Source of the DNA: Lama glama
Lineage: Eukaryota
NCBI GenBank assembly: GCA_028534125.1
Contig: CM052832.1
Span: forward strand, 16,308,001-16,372,000
DNA length: 64,000 nucleotides
Reading direction: 5' to 3'
Made by a program: the position numbers and the translations under genes. Below, one piece after another: positions 1 to 16,500 of this stretch; within the stretch, counting starts at the first letter, position 1; every line of letters starts with the position of its first letter. A model generated the notes under the pieces. It did not search any database. It worked only from the letters and a program-made list of their open reading frames with translations, and was not told the origin of the DNA.

Positions 1-117
1 ACAGGCCTGTGCCCTTTGGGAAAGAAAATTCATCCAGTTGAGCATTTATGAATGGTACACTTTCTGGTGTTAAACTTCAGAAGACAGTTTACTTATCCAA
101 AAAAAAGGGTTTTCTTT

Positions 118-178
118 AAAAAAGAAAGAAAGGAAAGAAAGAAAGAAAGGAAAGAAAGAAAGAAAGAAAAGAAAGAAA

Positions 179-238
<60 letters not shown>

Positions 239-240
239 AA
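118..240 (+). repeat. (GAAA)n / purine-rich microsatellite in an SLC44A4 intron
   Basis: Imperfect run of AAAG/GAAA units. It produces the spurious K/E/R-rich ORF 52..429 and F/L/S-rich ORF 70..396. Confidence 0.95.
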
Positions 241-351
241 CCTACCTATGCTTACTTTCCAGCGTCCCCCAACTCCCCAAACCGTGACACCTCCAGACCA
301 CGCCCCCTCCCAGCATCTCCTCTCCAAAGGTTTCTCCCATTTCTCTCCCAG

Positions 352-3300
352 GAGCTGCACAGATATCATCTGCTTTGTCCTCTTCTTTGTCTTCATTCTG
401 GGTTACATCGCGGTGGGACTTGTGGGTGAGTTTCTGGCTATGCAGACCTGGGGCGGTGGGCTGGGGGACTTCATTGTCCCAGGGAGGGACTACACCCATG
501 GCTGTTCCTTCCTAAATACCTGCCCCCTCCTGTGATTCATCTCTGTGTCTCTGTCTCCAGCCTGGGTGTATGGAGACCCCCAGCAAGTCCTCTACCCCAG
601 GAACTCTACTGGGGCATACTGTGGGGTTGGGCAAAACAAGTGAGTATGAAGGCAGGAAGCGGGGTGGGGGGGGGGCTGGAGGGAGGTGAGGGGGGGGATG
701 GGCAGGGGACCACCCACCTCTACTCGGGCTCCAGACCCTTCCCCTGTTGTTTCCATGCCCTACTCAGCCTCCCTGAATCTCACCACTCCAGGCCACATTG
801 AATAGCCTCCACTGCTGGTTAGTGGCTTCTGAGTCCCCCCAAGTTGGGAGATAGTGTAGCATCAATGATGAAGGCATGGGTTTTGGACTGGCATTTGAAT
901 CCCCAACTGGGCTAAGTAAGTTCTGGTTTGTGACCTTGGGAAAGGTACTTAACCTCTCTGAACTTTGATTTCCTCGTCTAAAACACAGGGATGATTCCAG
1001 AAGTAATGCTGTCGCTCCTAGCATGCAGAAAATGTTCGATAAATAATAAAACCTCTACCACTTAGATGGCATTTACTGTGTTTCAGGCAGGCAATGTACT
1101 TTGCACACAGACTCATTTAAACCCTATGAGATGTAGGTACTAATATTTTACATATGATGGAACTGTGGTAGTGAGCGGTTTAGTGACTTGCTCAAGGTCA
1201 TAAAGCTGGGTGATGATTTAGCTCCAGAGTTCAAGCTCTTAACCATTTATTAGCAGTGGTGATGCTGAATTACTCTGGAAATCTTTCTGGTGTCTCCCAT
1301 ACCTCCTCCCTGGCTGGGCTGAGCATCCTGAGGCCAGGAAGTGGGTGGTGTGTGTCTAGGCCACACTGGGCCCATTGCATGCTTGAGATGCAGCCCTGGC
1401 AGTCCCTCTCCTTCCCCGAGGCCTGCCCAAGACCTGGTGTATACGCTTCCCTCTCTCTTGCAGAGATAAACCATATCTCCTGTACTTCAACATATTCAGC
1501 TGCGTCCTAACCACCAACATCATCGCGGTCGCCAAGAATGGTCTGGAATGCCCCACACCCCAGGTCAGAGCCTGGGTCCTGCTTCTGCCCCCAGATCTCC
1601 CCCAGGGTCTGGATACCAGCCCCTTAGCATGCTCTCTGCCCCCAGGTGTGTGTGTCCTCCTGTCCAGTGGTCCCATGGACCGTGGAGCCGGAGCAGCTCT
1701 CGCAGACGGTTGAGAAGGTCTTCTATGCTGCAAATAGGAGCTTTTGTCTGCCAGGGGTGTCTGGGGATATGGTGAGTGCTGCCCCCAAAATCATTGCTGT
1801 TGCCAAGGGGGGTCCACAATGAGAGGGGTGGAAGCGGGAATTGGGTAGATAATCATGGTGGTGGAGGGGGACTCATTCCTTCATCCTGCTGTGTCTGTGT
1901 GTCTGTCTCTCCTCTTCCCACCCCCCAGGAAGTGCTTGAAAGCCTGCAACTAGAGCTCTGCCCCAGTTTCCTCCTCCCTTCCACTCCAGGTGAGAAGTTG
2001 AATACCTTCCTTAAACATCAGCCAGTCTTGTATTTTCATTCCTCAAACGAGGAAAGCAGGCTCAGAGAAATCAAGTCACACAGCTTGTCTGTGACAAAAT
2101 TGGAATGAGCACAAGGTCTTCATTTTTTCTCTGCTGCATGACCCTGTAATCAGATCATCAGTGCTGATCACGCACCTGCTGTGTGCCGGGCACTGGGGAC
2201 AGGTGAAGGGAAGATGAAAACTGCTCCCCGTCTGAACTGCATTCTAGGTGGTACGATCAGAGAGGTTCATGAAGAGATCGCATGAGATTGCCGTGAGAAC
2301 CTACACTTGCCTTTGTGCATCAGCATAGGGAACAGACTGGAAGGATGTTCACCCAAATATGTTAAAGAGAGTATGGCCAGGCGGTGGGATCACAGTTGAC
2401 TTTTTTATTTTCCCTCTATGCTCTTCTGTGCAATAGTAAATGTTATTTTTAATAGAAAAAAATTAACAATAGCATGAGAAAAGATATCCAGTTCTCAATA
2501 CACATGCCATAGGAAGTGTCTCCAATGAGGTCAGATAGGCTCCAAAGGTCAGATAGATCTGGATTTCAGTTCAGCACTTTCCAGCTGTGTGGTCTCGGGG
2601 AAATGACAGCCTCTTTGAACCTTGTCTCCTCATCTTTAGAATGTAAATGCCAAAGCGAGCCTACCTGGTAAAGTTGCCTTGAGGGTGGTGATAAATGGCC
2701 CTGTAGGCATGTGATAGGTGCCACAGGAGATAGGGGTGGGGTGAGAGGGCTTCCTGGAGGAGGTGAGGTGGAGATGGAACTGAACAGGGCATCACAGATG
2801 GGATTTCTGGAGGAGAGAGAGCAAAGGTACAGAGGGGAGGGGAAAGTGGCTGGGCTAGGACAACAGGGTCTTAAAGCCTGGCTTTAAGATGTGGGCACTC
2901 TCCAGGGCAGGGCGTCTGGAGGTGTCTGAGCTGCAGTGATTTAGAGCCCTGGAATTCTGAGGTCCAGGCCAGACCAGGTCATGGTCTCCCGGGCACTCTG
3001 GCAGAGGCTGGATTGAAGGTTGGCAGGGTTGAGGGTGGAGGTGCTTTAAGAGGTAGGCCAGAGGGGAGGAGGGCAGGCAGTGGCAGAGAGGGGAGGAAGG
3101 AACATTAAGAGACAGTGAAGGAAACACGGACTGGGTTCCTGGGACAGGAGCTCCCTTTTGGCTGCAGAATCAAGAGCAGCACTCCCAGGGCACGGGGATA
3201 TAACTCAGAGGTGGAGTATGTGCTTAGCATGCGCAAGGTCCTGGGTTCAATCCCCATTAAAAAAAGAAAAAAGAGCAGCCCTCTGAAGAGGGCACAACCC

Positions 3301-6300
3301 TTCTCAACTCTCAACTCGGCTAGAGTGGGGGCCAGAGACTTTCAAGGTAAAGCTCTGGGCCCTCCCGTCCAGTCACCTGGTTCTCTCCCTCCAGCTCTAG
3401 GGCGTTGTTTCCCATGGTCCAATAGCACTGTGCCCGAGCTCACAGGGATCTCCAACACATCCATCTCCCAGGGCATCAGGTGGGCACCCCCCTGCCCCCA
3501 CCTCCCTGTCCCGCACCCCATCCCACCCACAGCCCCATCTGACTTTGTCTCCCCAACAGTGGTCTTCTTGATGGCCTCAATGGCCGTGACATCAGTGTCA
3601 AGATCTTTGAAGACTTTGCCCAATCCTGGTATTGGATTCTTGTGTGAGTCACCAGATACCCCTGTTCTCTCCTTCCCTTCCATGAAACACAGGCTTTGGA
3701 TCAGGGAGGAGGAGCTGGAGCTCAGAATGGATCCCAAGCTTGACAGGATTTATAAGGGGCGGTGGGGTGGAGGGGGTCTGATCTGGGGACACTGGGGACC
3801 TCTGAAAGGGGAAAGGTTTGGGGGATGTGGGGTGACCCTCACCTGCCTCACCCTGCCCGCAGTGCCCTAGGCGTGGCTCTGGTCCTGAGCCTGCTGTTTA
3901 TCCTGCTTCTGCGCCTGGTGGCCGGGCCCCTGGTGTTTGTGCTGATCGTAGGGGTGCTGGGCGTGCTGGCCTATGGTATATACCACTGCTGGAAAGAATA
4001 CAGCGTGCTGCGGGACCAGGGTGCCTCCATCTCCCAGCTGGGCATCACCACCAACCTCAGCGCCTACGGCAAAGTTCAGGAGACCTGGCTGGCAGCCTGT
4101 GAGTGTCCTGCCCACCGATGAACCACCTGCCACTCAAGGGTGGCCCTGGGCCATGCCTGGCCCTGGTCCTGACCCAGGCCCCTCTGCCCCGTCTACCCTA
4201 GTGATCGTGCTGGCCGTGCTGGAAGGCATTCTGCTGCTGATGCTCATCTTCCTGCGGCAGCGGATTCGTATCGCCATCTCCCTCCTGGAGGAGGCTAGCA
4301 AGTCAGGGCCTGTCTGGAAAGAAGGGGCAGAGGGCAGGGATGTGGGCCCAGGATGGGAATGCTGACTTTGTGGCAGGGAGCACTGGAGGAGAAGGGCAGC
4401 ACAGCATGGTGGTTAACACTGCTGTGACTTAGCTTTTCTGTGCCTCAGTTTGCCCATCTGTAAAATGGGTGTAACAGCAGTTCCTACCCCTAGGGCTGCT
4501 GTCATAAGGATTAAATTAGTGTCTCGTCAAGTGTCTAGAACATGAAACAGGCCCTTACTCTCCCTGAAGCTGCCTTGGCAGCTTCTTGTGACTCTAGTTT
4601 CCTCTATAGTTCCCTTGAGCCTGATTTATTCAATTCAGTTTGTTCAGAGAACACCTACGGTGTGCTCAGCCTGGGGGGATGGATCAGGCCCTGGAGAGGA
4701 CAGAGGTGTGGCCATACCAGGGTTGCCCAGTGAGAGGATGGGTGGGGATTCGGGGGCTAGCTCCTTTGGTGGACCGCTGTCATCTCCCTGCAGGGCTGTA
4801 GGACAGATGATGTCTACCATGTTCTACCCGCTGGTCACCTTTGTCCTCCTGCTCATCTGCATTGCCTACTGGGCCATGACTGCTCTGTATCCTTTGCCCA
4901 CATGGCCGGGCCCTCCTGGAGTCCTTGGGAGTAGGGGACAGGGCAGTACCTTTTTGTGCAGTGCCTCAGTACCATTGGAGGGAGGCATCCCTTCCTCCAG
5001 GCAGCCCTGCGTAGAAAGAAAATTTCAGCCACTGTGCAGTAAAGAGCCTGCACAGGAAGGGGTTGCTGAGGAGGGGACCTTGGAGACCCCCATATGACCA
5101 TGCTTTCCTTGACTCCTCTCTGGGTACCTGGCCACATCGGGACAACCTCAGTATGTGTTCTGGGCACCCAACGCCACCTTGCCGGGCTGTGAGAAAGCGC
5201 TGATGAATACATCATGTGATCCCTTGGTGAGGATTTGGGGTGGATGTGGAGGGGCACCAGTAGGGCTAAGGGGACCTCAGAGGCCAACTGCTCCAAATCC
5301 CTCATTGTGCCAGGGAGACTGAGGACCAGAGAGGGCAAGGGGCTAAGTAACTGTCACACAGCAGGCCCCTAGCAGAACCAGAGAGGGAAGCAGTCCCCAG
5401 AATCCAGATCTCCCGCTGAGCTACCCATTGTGCTGGAAGAGGAGGCAGGCTGTGCCTGAAAGCAGGGCCAGGCCCCCGGGCAGATGGGTACCAGAAGTTC
5501 TCCATCCCTCCCCAGGACATTCCTCTGCCTAGAGGACAATTAACCACTTCACCCTCTCAGTCTCAGTCCACCCACCTGTAAAATGAAGATAAATCTTAAT
5601 ATCTGTGCCTCAGCGGGGCTGAGAAGATTAAAGAACATTGTGCACATGAAAGTGCTTAGTACAATGCCTGGCATCTGATGAGAGCCGATAACTCTAGATG
5701 GGTTTTATTTCGGGCTTTTTTGGGCAGTCTTCCTCCCTCAGAACACTGTGTCCTAGGCAATAGGCAGGTGGGGCTCCCTGGGGGGCCTGGGAAAGTAGCT
5801 GCTTCCCCAAACTCTCCCCTGTGAGGTTCCCAGAGATCGGGGCCAGACTTCTAGGTATTTAACGGTCAAAGCTTTCATACTGCCACTGCATCAGAGCTGG
5901 GATCAAGGGCTGTGCCCACAGGCATTAGCCCCACTGAAGAAAGAGGGGGAAGTCCTTTACATCTAAGGAGGACTCTCTATGTGCTGGGAGCTGGGTATAC
6001 AAAGCCCCAAATGTGTTCGCTTTCGACTTACTTAGATTCCATGTAGCAGTGGGGACTGACTGAAACCCACAATTACCTACACAGTAGAAACTGGTTTACT
6101 TTCTTATAAAATTTCAAACGAACATTGGGTTTCAGCAATTATCAAGATTTTTGTCACATCATTTGCAAATCCTTTCTCCCGTTCAGTAGCTTGTCTTTTC
6201 GATGGTGATGTTTTCCCTGGCTGGGTACAAGCTTTTAAGTTTAATTAGGTCCCATTTGTTTATTTTGGCTTTTATTTCCTTTGCTTTAGGAGCCAGGTTG

Positions 6301-9156
6301 TGGTTTTCACTTTTTATGAGGGAAATTTTCAGATGCACACAAACGTAGAGAATCCCTGTACCCAGATTTCATAACCTTCAGCTCTCTGTTCTTGCTTCAT
6401 GTAACTCCCTACCCATCCACCCACTGCCCAGCCTGCAATTTTTTTTTCTGGAGTTTCTAATGGCAAATTCTGGACATTGTGCCATTTCTCCTATCAATAT
6501 ATCAGGATGGATCTCAACATATTTAAAAAGCATAACCACTACACCATTATCACACCCAACAAAATGAACAATTCCTTAGTATCACCTGATACCCAGTCTG
6601 TTCCATTTTGCTGGAGTGTTTTGGTTGAAGTTGCAGAGGCTGCTCTGGGAGGGGATTGCTGCCTGAGTGGGAGGGAGAGCTCCTGATCACACTGCCTTCA
6701 TACGGTTAAGGCTCAGCCCACATGCCCTGGGAGCTCTGGTGCCCATCCGCAGGCTGGAGACTGAAGGAAACTAATTATACTCACACAGTAGGCAAGCTGA
6801 ACCCTGTTTGAACCTGGAGATGGATCTCCTGGAAGGAATGAGCTTCTCCAGCTCTGGAAAGGCTGTTACTTCCCTCTGCTCTGGGAGAGGCAGGAGCTGG
6901 CTGGAAACGAGCCTCCTCTGCCCATCTCCCCAGGCCCAGACCCCGAACACCTCGTGCCCAGGGCTGATGTGCGTCTTCCAGGGCTACTTGTCCAAAGGCC
7001 TGGTACAACGTTCTCTCTTCAACTTGCAAATCTATGGGGTCCTGGGGCTCTTCTGGACCATCAACTGGGTATTGGCCTTCGGCCAGTGTGTCCTGGCTGG
7101 GGCCTTTGCCTCCTTCTACTGGGCCTTCCACAAGCCTCGGGACATCCCTACCTTTCCCCTGAGTGCTGCCTTCATCCGCACACTCCGGTAAGCCTGGGGC
7201 AGGGGCTGGCTATTGTGGCCCTGGGAGTCCCAGGGGTCCTGAGGCTGCCTCTAACTCCCTAAGTCCTGTGCAGTTACCACACCGGGTCACTAGCCTTCGG
7301 AGCCCTCATCCTGACCCTGGTGCAGATAGCCCGAGTCATCCTGGAGTACATTGACCACAAACTGAGAGGTGAGCTGAGACTGGGGGCTGGGCAGGGCTAA
7401 GCTAGGCAGCTGGATCCTTGGGGAGGGGCTGTCAGGGGCCAGTGACCAAACATGAGCCCTCCTTACCCCCAGGAGCCCAGAACCCCATGGCCCGCTGTAT
7501 CTTGTGCTGCTTCAAGTGCTGCCTCTGGTGTTTGGAAAAGTTTATCAAGTTCCTGAACCGCAATGCATACATCATGGTGAGCCCCACTCCCTGAGCAACG
7601 CCTTGCTCTGGGGGTCCTTGACCCAGGCTTCCCACCCTGGCCCAGGTAACTCACCACAGGTTAACTCTGAACTTCCCACCTCACCCAGATTGCCATCTAT
7701 GGGAAGAATTTCTGTGTCTCAGCCAAAAACGCCTTCATGCTGCTCATGCGGAACATTATCAGGTCAGGCTATCACTGCCCACCCGCCACCACCACCTCCG
7801 TGATCTCCCACTCAAGGCCAGCTTCATGGGCATGCTATGCTCAGAAGGTGCATTGAGCTGGGTTTAATCTCTGCTGCCTTCATCTTGAAATGTGAACAAT
7901 TTTCATTTTGCATCTGTCATGGCAACTTATATAGCCAGTTCTGTTCCCAGCCCTGCGAAGCCTCTCACCCCCAACCTACCCAAACTCCTTGTACAGGGTG
8001 GTCGTCTTGGACAAAGTCACAGACCTGCTGCTGTTCTTTGGGAAGCTACTCGTGGTTGGAGGTGTAGGTAATGACCAGGGCAGGGAGTTACGCGGACAGA
8101 GGACAGGGATGCTGGGCAGCTTAACAGATGACCTCAGAGGAGTGACACTGACCTCTCTCCCACAGGGGTCCTGTCCTTCTTTTTTTTCACTGGTCGCATC
8201 CAGGGACTGGGTAAAGACTTTGAGAATCCCCACCTCAACTATTACTGGCTGCCTATCATGGTGAGTGACACCCCTCAGCCACTCTGCCTCACCCTCCAAC
8301 TCTCCAGAGGAACCCTAACCGGCTTTGTGTCTTCCAGACCTCCATCATGGGGGCCTATGTCATCGCCAGCGGCTTCTTCAGCGTTTTTGGCATGTGTGTG
8401 GATACTCTCTTCCTCTGTTTCTGTGAGTGATATCCCTCCTCCACCTCTCCCCAACTTAAAGGTACCAGATTGTTTAGGCTTTTTTTGGAGATTTGGTGCT
8501 TCTAGAAACAGCTACTTTGTGAGTTACAGGAGCCAGAGCCAGAGGGAGCCTCTTCTTACATCCTCAGGCCAGGTTTTTGGGAGGAAAGAAGGGAGGGAGC
8601 TCCCAGGCGCCTGGGTTCTCCCTAGAAGGAGCATTGCAGGGAAGAGGCCCCCCACCCCGTATCTTCCCCTCCCCTTGAAAATCTAGGGAAGCCACAGGAG
8701 TCTTCCCAGCAGGTGGCTGTAGTGAGTGCGGATTTTCCTACCCTACTGTATGCATTCATTCAGGGTTTCGTATGTAGCACGCTCTGTGCTAAGCAATCGA
8801 CATGTATTTTTACCGTTAATCACTGTATGAAATATAGTACTATTGACCCCACATTTCAGATGAGGAAACTGATATTACATAACCCACCCAGTAGGTTACA
8901 AAAAATGCTAGAAAAAAACAGCCGGTGGTGGCACAGCCTGGAAACCATGCAGCTGTCTCTTAGTCCCTGATTTTCCCGGGGAGTGGGTTTGGCCCCCCAA
9001 ATGTCCGCTCTAACGGGTCTATGTCACGGCTCAGTGGAAGACCTGGAGCGGAACGATGGCTCCATGGACCGCCCCTACTACATGTCCAAGAGCCTTCTGA
9101 AGATTCTGGGCAAGAAGAACGCGGCGCCCCAGGGAGACAAGAAGAGGAAGAAATGA
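352..9156 (+). CDS. SLC44A4: Choline transporter-like protein 4 / thiamine pyrophosphate transporter, 5'-partial (first coding exons lie upstream of the window)
   Basis: Exons: 352-425, 561-639, 1464-1563, 1646-1771, 1929-1989, 3395-3479, 3560-3643, 3863-4098, 4202-4301, 4794-4886, 5124-5226, 6934-7187, 7274-7368, 7473-7576, 7689-7762, 7997-8067, 8166-8260, 8338-8422, 9035-9156 (TGA 9154-9156). Peptides [62 protein letters not shown] and [17 protein letters not shown] are typical of the CTL/SLC44 family. Adjacency to NEU1 identifies it as A4. Confidence 0.97.
870..1250. mobile_element. MIR SINE fragments
   Basis: Core MIR-like motifs TGTGACCTTGGGAAAGGTACTTAACCTCTCTGAACTTTGATTTCCTC and AGTGACTTGCTCAAGGTCA. 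Similar fragments occur near 4410-4540, 5540-5680 and 8780-8880. Boundaries are approximate. Confidence 0.7.
3185..3272 (+). mobile_element. tRNA-Ala-derived SINE (vic-1-like)
   Basis: GGGGATATAACTCAGAGGTGGAGTATGTGCTTAGCATGCGCAAGGTCCTGGGTTCAATCCCC plus A tail, flanked by direct repeat AAGAGCAGC(A/C)CTC at ~3172 and 3271. Confidence 0.85.
4887..5123 (+). other. SLC44A4: U12-type (minor spliceosome) intron of SLC44A4 with apparent GT-GG termini
   Basis: 5' site GTATCCTTT (4887-4895) and branch site TTCCTTGAC (5105-5113). The frame [16 protein letters not shown] requires the next exon to start at 5124, after TGG. Confidence 0.85.
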
Positions 9157-9249
9157 AAGACGCAGCCTGATCCGGGACTGCACCCCGCCTATTCAGCTTC
9201 CCAGCCCCACCTCACCTTCCAGATCTCGATTATGTAGTAAAAAGATTTT

Positions 9250-9255
9250 ATTAAA
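9250..9255 (+). terminator. SLC44A4: SLC44A4 polyadenylation signal
   Basis: ATTAAA ~95 nt after the stop codon, followed by a T-rich tract. Confidence 0.7.
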
Positions 9256-9339
9256 AGATTGATATTTTCCTTTCTCAAAAACTTTCTTTTATTTCCTCCA
9301 GGACTACATGCTGCCTTTTCCCCTACCCTGGCTCTTTAA

Positions 9340-9670
9340 AATAGGCCCCGCCCCTATGACGCGCCCCAGGTGTCGCAACCAATCAAAGGGCGCCTCCGGA
9401 GTCATGCCGCCCCCTTCACCCCAGCCAATAGGCTTCCCGTCTGGATCATGCGCTCTGGGGCTTCAAAGAGGGCCAATTGAAAGAGGTAGCGCTGAGGAGT
9501 TGAAGGTCACGTGGGGAGGACTGAGTGTGCCAATTAAAGACGCGGAAGCGCGGCTGGGCCGGGGGCAGGTTTGGGATGACATCTGAGCATTTAAAGGGCT
9601 GAAGTCAGTTGACCGACTCCAGCCCGCGTCTAGTCCTGGGGGCCAGGGTCGCGGCCGCAGCGGGGTGGAG
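9340..9670 (+). promoter_or_regulatory. NEU1: NEU1 promoter: CpG-rich, with CCAAT boxes, GC boxes and a CLEAR-like E-box
   Basis: CCAAT near 9379, 9425 and 9473; CCCCGCCCC near 9346; GTCACGTG at 9506-9513. Confidence 0.75.
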
Positions 9671-12835
<3,165 letters not shown>

Positions 12836-14160
12836 GCTGCATACCTACCATGGGGGTAGGAGGCCCTGGACTGAGCCTCAGGACCATGGGTCTGTACAGG
12901 GTCTGCTGGACGACCCTAGAAGACCATTCCACCTTCCCTTAGATTCTAGTCTTTTGGGAAATCAGCTTCTCTTTGACAGGGAAATCTCTAGGACTAAAAT
13001 CCTGGCTCCTCCCCACAGGAAGAGTGCCCACACCTGGGAGCACTTCCCTTCCACATTGCTGGGTCTGCCCCAGGCCCTCTCTGCCCTCCCAGGACAACAG
13101 TTGGTCGTTTTCTTGGGCAGGGCTTGGTGGGCTTGTAGCATTAAATAACTGTCAACTCAGGGAATCTGGAAAGGCTTACCTCTTTGGGGTGAGATCTTCA
13201 CTTTGAAGAGGGTTGGTGAAAGTCCCAGAAGGGCAGGAAGTTTGGTTGCAGGGTAAGGAATGAGGTGCACCACTCACTTTGACTATTTATGAATCAAACT
13301 GTTTATACTTAATGAATGTTTTAAATGAAGGAGAATGAATATTTACAGTCTCTGTGGTTCTGTCAATGCACGTCTTCACATCTGTTTTCCTTGTGTACAC
13401 GTGCAAGACTGGGAGTGAATTTGGGGAGGAAGCTGGTGTGCTTACTGCCTGTGAAAAATCTGACTTCGGCAAATCAAATCTTTTCCCTTTCACATTCTTT
13501 CATATCACAGAAAAATGGATTGCTCTTCAGAGGTGTAATGAGGAGTAGGAGGGGGAGCCCCATAAGGTATTTAAAAACTGGCTGTTTTGTATGTCTAAGG
13601 CAGGATGGGGTACTGTCCTCCATGAAGCAGGGAGCAGGTGTGTAAAGTGCAGATGGAAGCCTCTCCCAGGCCGGCCTGGCGGAGAAATAAGCACTGTGGC
13701 AATTATGGGAAAAAACAGCATCTTCATCCTAAACACAGATGCTGTGAAAAGAGCCTAGACGGCTTGCAGCTGAGTGGGAACCACAGCTTTCTTCCATACG
13801 GAAAGGAAATGCAGTGCCTGGACAAGATGGTAGGAATGGTCCAGACATTCTTTATGTCTTCATCATAAAGGGATAAAGGCCACATTCATTTGCAGAGATT
13901 TGTGTTACTTTCAACTGCTTCTCTAAGAAATGTTAGGATAATATCCTATCTGATGGAAGAGATGGAATAATCCCCTTGCCTGTGAAGACATGGTGTAATT
14001 TTGTTGTGTTCTATCCAGAATTTGTGGTCAACTGGGTAATACTGGAAATTTTTTCTTTTATAGACATTTTCAAAAACACAAAAGTAAAAAAAAATAGCTT
14101 CATGAACCCCATGTACCACAGCATCCAGTTTCAGCAATTATCAAGATGTTACCACGTTGT

Positions 14161-14297
14161 GGGGAGGGTATAGCTCAGTGTTAGAGTGTGTGCTTAGCAT
14201 GCGCAAGGTCCTAAATTCAATTCCCAGCACCTCCATTAAAAGTAAATTAATAAACCTAATTACCTCCCCCTTCAAAAAAAAAAAAACTTAAAAAAAG
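14161..14297 (+). mobile_element. tRNA-Ala-derived SINE (vic-1-like) inserted in an old L1M fragment
   Basis: GGGGAGGGTATAGCTCAGTGTTAGAG...CCTCCATTAAAAGTAAATTAATAAACCTAATTACCTCCCCC plus A tail; TSD GTTACCA(C/T)GTTG. Confidence 0.9.
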
Positions 14298-14594
14298 TTA
14301 CCATGTTGCTTCTTACCCTTTTTTCTGCTTCCTTTGCTGAAGTATTTTAAACCAAATCCCAGACCTCATGACATTCACCCCTACATTCTTAAGTATGCAT
14401 CTCTTTCTTTAGAACGGAATATATTATTACATAATCATAATGCCATTGCACACCCGAAACATTAACAGTAACTGTGGTATAATCTAAAACCCAGTTGATG
14501 TTCAGATTTCATCAAATGTCTCAAATATGTCTTATTTACAGTTGATTTGTTCAAATCAGGATGCCAAGAAAATCAACACATTGCATCTTGATGT

Positions 14595-14680
14595 CTTTTT
14601 CTTCTTTAATATGGAGGTACTGGGGATTGAACCCAGGACCTCATGCATGCGCTCTACCATTGAGCTATATACCTCCCCTA
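14595..14680 (-). mobile_element. tRNA-Ala-derived SINE (vic-1-like)
   Basis: TGGAGGTACTGGGGATTGAACCCAGGACCTCATGCATGCGCTCTACCATTGAGCTATA is the reverse complement of the SINE head. Confidence 0.85.
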
Positions 14681-15867
14681 CCCCGATATCTCTTTAGTCT
14701 TTGTAATCTACAGTAGTTCCACCTCCTCTCTTTTCTTTCTCTCTCTTCTAATACCATCTACACAAAAATAATTCATTTGTCCTGTAGAATGTTCCTCCCC
14801 CTGGATTCGTGTTTCTTCCTCAGAGCCTCATTTAACTTCTTCCTCCATCCCTTGTATTTCCAGTTATCAAAAAAGATCTAATTAGGTTCAGAGTCCATCT
14901 GAGGGGGGACAAGATTCCTTTGCAGGGGCTTTGTGCTTCCTTTGGTGCCCCCTAAGGAAGCAAGCACTGTCTGCTTGCCCCTCTCAGAGTAAAGCTGAGA
15001 TTGAGCCATGGGTTCATATGGCCATAGCCTGACTCACCCCCTCTGTAAGATTTCCCCATCAACCTTTCAACTGAAAGTTTCGTTGATGGATGAGTTTTGC
15101 TTGAATCAGTTATTTCATGAGGGGTTGGGAAATGCTGGTTTTTAAATTCTGTTATTTTGTCCTCATGTATTAGGTAGAATTCTCCAGATTGAAAAAAAAA
15201 AAAAGCTGTCACTCATCCAGGCTGTCGGGTTACCATGAAGTGTGGTTTGCATGGGAAAGGCAGGATAAATGCTTAATTTCTCCCCTTTAATTGCCAGTTC
15301 GCAGAGTAAACTGATGGAATACTTTACCTTGGCCAGCAAACCACATTGTTACCACACAGGACACACATGCAGAGGCAGAATCTGTGGGCCTGCCGGAGGA
15401 AACAGGGACATCTGAGGGAGGAATAACGGAGAGAAACACAGGCAGCATGGTCATGGGGGTGGGGGGTCTGCCTCTCAAATACAATCGAGAAACAGATATG
15501 ACCCAAGGAAGTATGGTGGGGGTGGCATATGCAGCAATTGGGATATCTGTTAATGACACTAAGAATTACACATCTGGTAAGTCCTTAAAATTTTATTTAT
15601 CAGAAACATTGGAGGAAAGAGAGGAAATGATACCGTGAGTGTCCGACCCATGAGCTACTGCCTCGTGAAGTATATGTGACGGGGGGCTTATGAGGAAGTG
15701 ACAGTGTTCCTTCTTCATAGCCAAGAACCCTCAGCTAAGAGAGAGGATCCTCAAGGAAGGATCTCCTCCTCAGAAGAGGGTGGGGAGGAGTCATTGGAAA
15801 CCAGAGCCCTGGTCCCACCCCAGACCTGCCTGCAGGTTCAGTATCTCTGGAATCTGTCCAGGACCTT

Positions 15868-16000
15868 GTTTTTGGTTTTCGTTTGTTTTTTCTTTTTTTA
15901 ATAACAGATTTTTTTTTTTTAATGGTGGTGGTACTGGGGATAGAACCCAGGACCTCATACATGCTAAGCATGCCCTCTACCCCTGAGCTATTACCCACCC
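15868..16000 (-). mobile_element. tRNA-Ala-derived SINE (vic-1-like)
   Basis: T-rich tail followed by GGTACTGGGGATAGAACCCAGGACCTCATACATGCTAAGCATGCCCTCTACCCCTGAGCTA. Confidence 0.85.
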
Positions 16001-16310
16001 TGCAACCTTGCATTTTTAAAGGGAACTGCAGGAGAGTCTAACGCTGGGGTCTTTGGGCTGCACTTTGAGAAACTCAGACGTTTAGCCTAGACTTAGGAAG
16101 AATAGATTTCAAAACACTGAAGAAAAGATCTCAAAAGAGAAATTGTTACAACAGTAAGAGTTTGTGTCTAAAAAACAATAGCCATAATAGCTGGCAGGGA
16201 CCAAACCTGCCTACTTACCCGGGCATCTTAAACCCCGCCATGATACCTGGCACATGGTGGATGCTTAATACGGGAGGAAAGACAAGCCCAGGAAGGGTAA
16301 GGAGCTGGGC

Positions 16311-16500
16311 CAGTGGTTTTCAAAGTGTGGTCCCAGGTGGGCGGCAGCAGCCCCTGGGAACAGGTTGCTTGACCTCCCCCATCCCGACACCACCCCCTTC
16401 CCCGCACCTGCAGTCAGAAGCTCTGGGAGTGGGACGCAGCACTCAGAGTGTTACCAGACCCTCCAGGGGATTCTAATGCATATTCAAGTTTGAAAACCAG
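16311..16500. mobile_element. MER5A-like hAT-Charlie DNA transposon
   Basis: ~190 bp with inverted ends CAGTGGTTTTCAAA ... TTTGAAAACCAG and internal CCCTCCAGGGGATTCTAATGCA. Confidence 0.8.

Noticed and set aside
52..429. Lys/Glu/Arg-rich ORF and its Phe/Leu/Ser-rich antisense ORF
   Set aside because: Translations of the (GAAA)n microsatellite within an SLC44A4 intron.
3115..3870. 251-aa ORF
   Set aside because: Runs through a SINE and several introns; only 3395-3479 is in the real SLC44A4 frame.
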